Shown here: positions 57,612 to 64,000 of the stretch, piece after piece
Layout of the letters: each line of letters opens with the position of its first letter
Position numbering within the stretch: position 1 is the first letter of the stretch
Source: an uncultured virus (IMG/VR IMGVR_UViG_3300017940_000146)
Taxonomy: Duplodnaviria; Heunggongvirae; Uroviricota; Caudoviricetes
Virus record (IMG/VR): IMGVR_UViG_3300017940_000146
DNA length: 64,000 nt
Reading direction: 5' to 3' (one strand)
Notes under the pieces: model-generated
Told to the model about the DNA's origin: nothing
Database searches by the model: none
The model's input: only the letters and a program-made list of their open reading frames with translations
Program-made: the position numbers and the translations under genes

Positions 57612-58084
57612 ATACAGAAGAAATGATAGAAGAAAATAATGAATATCCGAAATATAAAACATTAGAAGGTGATAATAAATCTCATACAGTAATGGGTACT
57701 ATGACTAGAGGACTTTCATTGGTTAGAGAATTTGAAACTGGAGCAACCAGAGATTTAGATATATCAAAGATTGATTATGAAGCTTGTTTATCTCCAATTG
57801 TATTAGAAGCATTTGGAGAATATATGTTAAGTTGTAGTGTACAAGCGGATGGATCCAAAAGACCTGGAGATAATTGGCAGTTAGGTATAACTTTTAATTC
57901 ATATATTAAATCTTTGTTACGACATGTTTGGGATTTATGGAAATTACATAGAGGATATCCTACAATTGATAAAAAAACTGGTAAACCAGTAAATAAAGAA
58001 ACTGCATTATGTGCTATTATATTTAATGCACAAGGATATTTGCATGAGTTATTGAAGGAAAAATTAAAAAATGGCGTATGTTGA
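57608..58084 (+). CDS. dATP/dGTP diphosphohydrolase-like (DUF5664-type) protein
   Basis: FETGATRD, K.DY, DNWQLGI, SLLRH, LCAIIFNA. Confidence 0.7.
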   Translation: MNTEEMIEENNEYPKYKTLEGDNKSHTVMGTMTRGLSLVREFETGATRDLDISKIDYEACLSPIVLEAFGEYMLSCSVQADGSKRPGDNWQLGITFNSYIKSLLRHVWDLWKLHRGYPTIDKKTGKPVNKETALCAIIFNAQGYLHELLKEKLKNGVC

Positions 58085-58601
58085 ATATTCCTGCAGAAAA
58101 TTTGGATATTTAATTGTTAAAGAATTTTGTTATTATAAACCATATAATGATAAAGTTTGTTCTTGGTGGAAATGTTTTTGTAATGGTTGTCAGAAAGAAA
58201 TAATTTTACCACTGGTTTTGTTTAGAAGAAAGAGAAAAACTATTTCTTGTGGATGTAAAAATATTGAAAATTATAGAAAAGCACATTTAAAACATGGATA
58301 TTTTTCAAGATATAACCATAGAGAAATACCAACACAAAGAAATAATATAACATATGGTTCATATATTAATATGTTGAAAAGATGCTATGAACCAAATGCC
58401 AAAGGTTATAAAAATTATGGTGGAAGAGGTATTTCTGTTTGTAGTAGATGGAGAAAATCTTTTGAAAATTTTATTAAAGATGTTGGTAAAAGACCTGGAC
58501 CTGAATATTCAATTGATCGTATAGATAATGATGGTAATTATAAACCAGGAAATGTTAAATGGTCTACAAGAAGTGAACAAAATAAGAATCGTAGGAAGTA
58601 A
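58071..58601 (+). CDS. HNH homing endonuclease
   Basis: W.C.C.GC, SCGC, M.KRC, YGGRGISVC.RW, SIDRIDNDGNY.PGNVKW. Confidence 0.9.
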   Translation: MAYVEYSCRKFGYLIVKEFCYYKPYNDKVCSWWKCFCNGCQKEIILPLVLFRRKRKTISCGCKNIENYRKAHLKHGYFSRYNHREIPTQRNNITYGSYINMLKRCYEPNAKGYKNYGGRGISVCSRWRKSFENFIKDVGKRPGPEYSIDRIDNDGNYKPGNVKWSTRSEQNKNRRK

Positions 58602-59303
58602 ATGGAACAAATTAAAGAATTAACTGGTCAAGAAATTTATGATCGTGAAGTGTCGGATAGTAAAGCAAGTAATCGCCAAGGTAATTATGAAAAAGGATCT
58701 TGGATAGGTACTTATAGAGGACATAAAATTTTCCCAATTAATCCAGATCCTAATGAAATTGATATTCAAGATATTGCCCATGCATTGGGAAATAACTGCC
58801 GATATACTGGTCATGTGAATCAATTTTATTCCGTGGCACAACATTGTGTAATAGTAAGCGAATTAGTTCAACCAGAAAATGCTTTAGCTGGATTGCTCCA
58901 TGATGCTTCAGAAGCATATTTAAGTGATATTGCCCGACCTGTTAAATATAGTAAAGCACTTGAAGGTTATCGTGAAGTCGAAGCTAAATTAGAACGAGTA
59001 ATCAATGAGAAATTTGGGTTACCATATCCAATGGTACAAGATGTTAAATGGGCAGATGATATGGCCTTGATGGCTGAAGGATATTATCTATTTAAACCTA
59101 TTCCAGATTGGGTAACGGAAAGATTGTCACAAGAGGGATTAGATAAACCTATGATTCCAAGATTTTTTTGTTGGCCTCCTGTAACTGCCAAAGCGATGTA
59201 TATTAAACGGTTTTTAGAATCAAATGGTGTGAAACTATCAATAGCCACTGATGAAGATTTCTTACAAATGGAGAGAATGAATGGCGCGTCCAAAGAAAAT
59301 TAA
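58602..59303 (+). CDS. HD-domain phosphohydrolase (YfbR/5'-deoxynucleotidase-like)
   Basis: DIAHAL...CRY.GH, YSVAQHC, LLHDASEAY.SDI.RPVK. Confidence 0.88.
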   Translation: MEQIKELTGQEIYDREVSDSKASNRQGNYEKGSWIGTYRGHKIFPINPDPNEIDIQDIAHALGNNCRYTGHVNQFYSVAQHCVIVSELVQPENALAGLLHDASEAYLSDIARPVKYSKALEGYREVEAKLERVINEKFGLPYPMVQDVKWADDMALMAEGYYLFKPIPDWVTERLSQEGLDKPMIPRFFCWPPVTAKAMYIKRFLESNGVKLSIATDEDFLQMERMNGASKEN

Positions 59304-60525
59304 AGCAGCAAACAAAATTCAACGGGTAAAGAAACCAAGAGCACCTAAACCTGTAAGAGAAAAGAAGGTACGGGAAAAGAAAGTAAAGCAAACGGCCAAT
59401 ATCGCCTTTTTTGAAAAGATAGCCAAAGCAACAGGAAATGACCTTGCTCAAGCGGCTTCAAATGGAATTATATCAGGCGATGTAACGGGTTGGATTGATA
59501 CGGGTGTATATCTATTGAACGCTCAATGGAGTGGTTCATTATTTGGTGGAGCACCTAACAACAAGATTGTTGTTTTCGCAGGACCATCTGCTACAGGTAA
59601 GACCTATTTCATTTTAGCATTGGTTAAACATTTCTTGGATACGCACCCGGGATCGGGGATCATGTTCTTTGAAACTGAAGGTGCGATTACAAAAGATATG
59701 ATGGTGTCAAGAGGAATTGATGTATCTCGTGTATATGTGATTCCTATCGAAACGGTTCAAGAATTCCGGACTCAATCACTTAAGATGTTGCGCGTAGTGA
59801 AAGAAACAAAACCTTCAGAGCGGCAAGAATTGATGTTTGTATGCGACTCTTTGGGAAATCTTTCTACACAGAAAGAAATGGAAGATGCTGAATCGGGTAG
59901 TGAGAAACAAGATATGACCAGAACCCGGTTGATTAAATCAGCATTCAGAACTATTACATTGAAAATGGGTTTATTAAATATTCCATTCTTTATTACGAAT
60001 CATGTATATAAGACTCAAGATCTATTTTCTCACACAGTCCAATCGGGTGGCAGTGGGCCACAATATGCCAATTCGCTTTCAGTATTCTTGAGTAAGAGTA
60101 AAGATAAAGAAGGAACTGAAGTAGTTGGAGTTATTTTACACTGTAAGTTAGAAAAGGGCCGCTTGACGAAAGAGAATACATTGATTGATGTATCTCTGGA
60201 TTATGCGGGCGGATTAGATAAGTATTATGGATTACTGGAACTTGGATTGAAGTATGAACTATTCAAGAGAGTAAAAGAGAAGAAAGAGAAAACAGCAACA
60301 GAAGGATTTGCGAAACTGAAAGAAGGTAAAGAGAAAGCAAAGAAGGGTGGTAAAATTAGAATTGGTGATAAGGTAGCAACTGAAAAACAGATCGAAGCAA
60401 ACCCAGAGGTATATTTTACCGATGAAGTGCTGAAGGCGCTTGATGTATTTGCCGGTAAAGAATTCAATTATGGTATGACGGTTGAAATGCCGGAGGAAGT
60501 AGCGAGTGAGGTTGAGGAAGATTAA
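59281..60525 (+). CDS. uvsX: RecA-like recombinase UvsX
   Basis: GPSATGKT, FETE, DSLGNL...KE.ED, DMTR, TNHVY, SGGSG. Confidence 0.95.
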   Translation: MARPKKIKAANKIQRVKKPRAPKPVREKKVREKKVKQTANIAFFEKIAKATGNDLAQAASNGIISGDVTGWIDTGVYLLNAQWSGSLFGGAPNNKIVVFAGPSATGKTYFILALVKHFLDTHPGSGIMFFETEGAITKDMMVSRGIDVSRVYVIPIETVQEFRTQSLKMLRVVKETKPSERQELMFVCDSLGNLSTQKEMEDAESGSEKQDMTRTRLIKSAFRTITLKMGLLNIPFFITNHVYKTQDLFSHTVQSGGSGPQYANSLSVFLSKSKDKEGTEVVGVILHCKLEKGRLTKENTLIDVSLDYAGGLDKYYGLLELGLKYELFKRVKEKKEKTATEGFAKLKEGKEKAKKGGKIRIGDKVATEKQIEANPEVYFTDEVLKALDVFAGKEFNYGMTVEMPEEVASEVEED

Positions 60526-60600
60526 GAATTGTTTGACTTTTTGAATTGAAATGAAAGGTGGTTTAAGTATATAATGGATTGATGTGACGAAAAATATTTT

Positions 60601-61137
60601 ATGACTATAGATGATTTTGTTAATGGATTATTTGATTTAAAATATGATAAACATCCTGGAGTAGCAACAAAGAAATATTTAATAAAATGTGATGCTGACT
60701 TTATAGAACAACCAAAAGGTAGTCAAAATTTTCCAGATTTTGATCCTGTTGAAAATATTTTTAAAGAAGGAAAATGCTGTTTTCGGATAGAAGAAAAATC
60801 AAATAAAAAACATGGGATCCATGTAAAACCAATGTATAACGGTCATTTTGTAAAAAAAGAAGATGACGCATTATATACTTATATAACTCCAGATTTTTCT
60901 GTTGCTTTTTTGGGAGAACATATTAGTAAAATTGATGATTATATTATTTGGTTGGAATATATAAAGAAATCTAAAAAACTTGTTAATGAATTTATTCCAA
61001 AATTTGGAGGTTTATTAGTACCTTATTTTCGAGCGACAGTGACACATAAAAAGGGAATTGAATTTTGTTATGGAGAGTTGAACAATGAGGTTATTAAAAA
61101 AGATTTGCATAAATATTTGTATGGGCACATTATATAA
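60601..61137 (+). CDS. Putative PD-(D/E)xK restriction-like endonuclease
   Basis: QPKGSQNFPDF...IEEKS; overlaps downstream MTase. Confidence 0.55.
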   Translation: MTIDDFVNGLFDLKYDKHPGVATKKYLIKCDADFIEQPKGSQNFPDFDPVENIFKEGKCCFRIEEKSNKKHGIHVKPMYNGHFVKKEDDALYTYITPDFSVAFLGEHISKIDDYIIWLEYIKKSKKLVNEFIPKFGGLLVPYFRATVTHKKGIEFCYGELNNEVIKKDLHKYLYGHII

Positions 61138-61867
61138 CGAAGATTGTTTTAAAAGTTTTACCAAAATAGAAAAACATTCTGTGGATTTGGTTTTGATTGA
61201 TCTTCCATATGGTACAACTGCATGTCCTTGGGATTCTATTTTACCTTTGGATAAATTGTGGAAAGAATTGAAATTAGTAGCCAAGTCAAATGCGGCATAT
61301 GTTTTTACAGCACAACAACCTTTTACAACTACGCTTATCAATAGTAATTTGAAATGGTTTAAATATTGTTTAGTTTGGCAAAAACCTAATGGTACAAGTC
61401 CATATCAAGCCAAATATATGCCAATGAAGTGCCACGAAGATGTTGTGGTATTTTATGATAAACAACCGACATATAATCCTCAAATGAGAGAAGGAAAACC
61501 ATATAAATGGAATAGTAAGCGTTCTGGTGGGGAAGCGGGATCAATAAAACAAACTAAAGAAACTCCTATTGATAATGAAGGAACCAGATATCCCATATCA
61601 GTTTTAGAATTTTCACAAGATCGTGGATTACACCCAACTCAAAAACCCGTGGCCTTAATGGAATATTTAATTAACACATATTCAAATCCTGGTGATATGG
61701 TATTAGATTGTTGTATGGGATCTGGTACTACTGGCGTCGCGTGTGTGAATACCAATAGAAAATTTACAGGTATAGAGAAGGATAAGAAAATTTATATTGG
61801 TGCCGATAAACGCATAAAACAAGCCATTAAGGATAAACCTATAGATATAGACAAATTCTTCAAGTAG
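61121..61867 (+). CDS. Beta-class N4-C/N6-A DNA methyltransferase
   Basis: DLPYG motif IV, HPTQKP, VLDCCMGSGTTG motif I. Confidence 0.92.
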   Translation: MGTLYNEDCFKSFTKIEKHSVDLVLIDLPYGTTACPWDSILPLDKLWKELKLVAKSNAAYVFTAQQPFTTTLINSNLKWFKYCLVWQKPNGTSPYQAKYMPMKCHEDVVVFYDKQPTYNPQMREGKPYKWNSKRSGGEAGSIKQTKETPIDNEGTRYPISVLEFSQDRGLHPTQKPVALMEYLINTYSNPGDMVLDCCMGSGTTGVACVNTNRKFTGIEKDKKIYIGADKRIKQAIKDKPIDIDKFFK

Positions 61868-61904
61868 GTTGCTATCCACGCGCCCTTTGTGTTATAATGG
61901 TGTT

Positions 61905-62192
61905 ATGAGAAAAGAATTGAAGAAGTTTAAACTTGAGAAAGCCTTCCATGAATGCGGAGTATCTAAACTAAAACCATTTAATGGTGCTGGTGTAGATTTC
62001 TATTATGAGCCATTTGAACAAGTGGAACAAAATATGCGCAGAGAAGATATGATGAAGAAATTAACTTCTCCACAACAAAATTTTGTAAAATCTTTAATGG
62101 GAGGTGTTTCTATAAAAGAATTGGGTTTGGATAAAGATAAATTAGGATTTATGGTGAAACAAATTCAAAACGAATTACATACAACGGAGTAA
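61905..62192 (+). CDS. Hypothetical protein
   Basis: ATG just after TGTTATAAT. Confidence 0.5.
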   Translation: MRKELKKFKLEKAFHECGVSKLKPFNGAGVDFYYEPFEQVEQNMRREDMMKKLTSPQQNFVKSLMGGVSIKELGLDKDKLGFMVKQIQNELHTTE

Positions 62193-62194
62193 AT

Positions 62195-62503
62195 ATGAAA
62201 AAGAAACCAGTAAAAGAAAATTGGAAGTTAGTGGGCCATATTGGTGTAGATTCAGGAATGTGTTGGATAGGTGATCCATGTTATATTGGTGATGGATTAC
62301 CAGAATTGGATGTTAGTAATGAAAAAGGCCCATATATGAAAAGTTTCAACTATGAAGCGGGCCATGAAGGATTAGGAGTTTGTGTTTCTACAGGATATGG
62401 TGATGGATTTTATCCGGTTCATGCTTTACTTGAAAAAGATGTTTCAGGTAAAGGAAATAGAATTGCTATGATTGTAATTGATTTTCATTTAAATGCTGAA
62501 TAA
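62195..62503 (+). CDS. Hypothetical protein (DUF4241-like motif pattern)
   Basis: GVDSG...IGDPCY, STGYGDGFYPV. Confidence 0.6.
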   Translation: MKKKPVKENWKLVGHIGVDSGMCWIGDPCYIGDGLPELDVSNEKGPYMKSFNYEAGHEGLGVCVSTGYGDGFYPVHALLEKDVSGKGNRIAMIVIDFHLNAE

Positions 62504-62550
62504 ATTGTGAAAGGTGCCTATATAATGTCTAATGTGACCTATGATATGAC

Positions 62551-63138
62551 ATGGTGGAAAATTATATTGAGAAGGGTGTAAATTGGCAGATGTATGTGAA
62601 TAACAATTATACATTAGATCCATTGATCTATAATACCAATAAAGGTCATTTCCTGAAAGCAGATGAATTAGAACATAGTATTGCTGATTTTAGTAACGGA
62701 AAGATCCAGTTTAAAGATGAACAAGGACGAGATCTTTATGTTCCTAAATTTGATTTATATGTTGAAGTGAAATACAGTTCTCATGCTTTATATGGTAAGA
62801 CTGGTTGGAGAGAATGTATTAAGGGAATCCAGTTAATGAAGTTCCGTGGGAATAATCATTACAATGTTTTGCCTGAAGACTATTCCCAATTTATTATGGT
62901 ACTTGAGGAACAGTGTGGTATTCTGGTAAATAAAGATGCTGCTAAAAAATATATTGTAGATGCTGACGATGGTTTATATCTCAAAAAGTTTCCTATTGAG
63001 AAGTCCTATAAATTATTCGGCCCGTTGGCTCCATCAATATCAGAACACCAAAAAGATAAAATAATCCAAGAAAACCGCCACGATATGGAGAAATGCCGTA
63101 TTAATTGGCGTGCAAGACTTGCGAGGTGTAGTAAATGA
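62551..63138 (+). CDS. Putative PD-(D/E)xK nuclease
   Basis: GRDL......YVEVK; start codon uncertain. Confidence 0.45.
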   Translation: MVENYIEKGVNWQMYVNNNYTLDPLIYNTNKGHFLKADELEHSIADFSNGKIQFKDEQGRDLYVPKFDLYVEVKYSSHALYGKTGWRECIKGIQLMKFRGNNHYNVLPEDYSQFIMVLEEQCGILVNKDAAKKYIVDADDGLYLKKFPIEKSYKLFGPLAPSISEHQKDKIIQENRHDMEKCRINWRARLARCSK

Positions 63139-63461
63139 AAAGAATATTACCAGAAGGATATTATACCAATAATGAATCAAATCCTTATCTCGTAACATTA
63201 AATATGGGGCCTTATAAAGGACTTAAAATCCAGGTCGCAGAGAAAATTAAAATTATACCTGTAAAAGAAATGGATTATAGACCAGGACAACCACAGTTTT
63301 GTTATGATTATAGAATTCTACATTATGCAGGGCATAATCCTAGAGAATGTGAAAAATCGAAAGCACTTTCTCGGATAGTAGCAGCTATAGCACTTGAATT
63401 GGTTTGCGAACAAGAAGAAGGTTGGAAATTAACTCCTCAGGAGAACAATGTCAGACACTAG
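63135..63461 (+). CDS. Hypothetical protein at the position of T4 gp40
   Basis: GAGG RBS; L..GPYKG; directly before gp41. Confidence 0.5.
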   Translation: MKRILPEGYYTNNESNPYLVTLNMGPYKGLKIQVAEKIKIIPVKEMDYRPGQPQFCYDYRILHYAGHNPRECEKSKALSRIVAAIALELVCEQEEGWKLTPQENNVRH

Positions 63462-64000
63462 AATAGAAACAATTATCCTCCGCCAACTATTTCATAATGA
63501 GGAATATACTCGTAAAATTATTCCTTATTTAAAAGAGGAATATTTTAAACAGACTCACGAGAAATTAATTTTTACTCATACCGTAAATTATATTGCCGAA
63601 TACAATAAACTTCCAACAATTTCAGTTATTGCTGTATCGATTGAAAAGGAAAATGTAGTTGAAGAAACATATAAAGAAGTATTGGAAACTTTAACAGAAT
63701 TGGAAGATGATAGTGAAAAATTTGAATTAGATTGGTTAATAGATGAGACCGAGAAATTCTGTAAAGATAAGGCACTTGTTTGCGCTGCTTATAGATCTGT
63801 TGCGATTTTGGAAGGGAAAGATAAAAAACTAGATTCAGGTGCGATTCCACATATTTTTGAAAACGCTTTAGCAGTTTCATTTGATCCTTCCATTGGTCAT
63901 GATTATTTTAATGATGCAGAATTCCGATATGATACATTACATGCGGATGAATATAAATTACCTTTTGATGTTTCATATTGTAATAAGGTAACAAAAGGTG
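63448..64000 (+). CDS. gp41: Replicative helicase gp41, 3' truncated (absent from ORF track)
   Basis: MSDTRIETIILRQLFHNEEYTRKIIPYLKEEYF...WLIDETEKFCKDKA...AVSFDPSIGHDY. Confidence 0.93.
   Translation, partial: MSDTRIETIILRQLFHNEEYTRKIIPYLKEEYFKQTHEKLIFTHTVNYIAEYNKLPTISVIAVSIEKENVVEETYKEVLETLTELEDDSEKFELDWLIDETEKFCKDKALVCAAYRSVAILEGKDKKLDSGAIPHIFENALAVSFDPSIGHDYFNDAEFRYDTLHADEYKLPFDVSYCNKVTKG

Noticed and set aside
63626..63880. Minus-strand 84-aa ORF
   Set aside because: Shadow of the + strand gp41 helicase that runs off the window
1..64000. Stop-codon reassignment
   Set aside because: Core genes are intact in the standard code and end with TAA, TAG or TGA; no suppressor tRNA seen
1..64000. 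CRISPR array, inteins, group I introns, diversity-generating retroelement
   Set aside because: No repeat-spacer array; gp17, uvsW, gp43 and uvsX are uninterrupted; the 65-bp repeat has no adenine-specific mismatches and no reverse transcriptase is visible

Overview
AT-rich, almost entirely + strand segment of a large T4-like (Tevenvirinae/cyanophage-like architecture) myovirus genome. 1-16.5 kb: the end of a glycosyltransferase-methyltransferase fusion gene, then the late morphogenesis block (gp15, gp16, an inserted fibre-like gene, gp17, gp18, gp19, gp20, core proteins, gp21, gp22, gp23, gp3). 16.5-36.5 kb: recombination, replication and transcription core (uvsY, uvsW, gp55, gp47, gp46, DNA MTase, IMPDH/GMPR, VWA+AAA pair, gp45, gp44, gp62, regA). 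36.5-54 kb: accessory region with 16 of the window's 17 tRNAs (one per amino acid), RNA ligase, macrodomain, DNA ligase, NodZ-like glycosyltransferase, dUTPase and lysozyme. 54-64 kb: gp43, nucleotide hydrolases, uvsX, a candidate restriction-modification pair and the start of gp41. Main findings: (1) a candidate virion glycosylation system (GT2/GT/FkbM fusion, a second FkbM gene, a NodZ-like GT, and recurrent GTSG/GTAG motifs in virion-protein insertions); (2) three tRNAs with C in place of the near-universal U33, plus other aberrant tRNAs; (3) two unassigned structured RNAs directly behind tRNAs; (4) an exact 65-bp copy of part of another gene inserted in frame into the DNA ligase; (5) a C4 zinc-ribbon insertion in the DNA polymerase; (6) a GC-rich NUDIX gene that appears to have replaced the middle of a resident gene; (7) several decayed homing endonucleases. 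All family calls come from motif recognition by eye; no database search was run.
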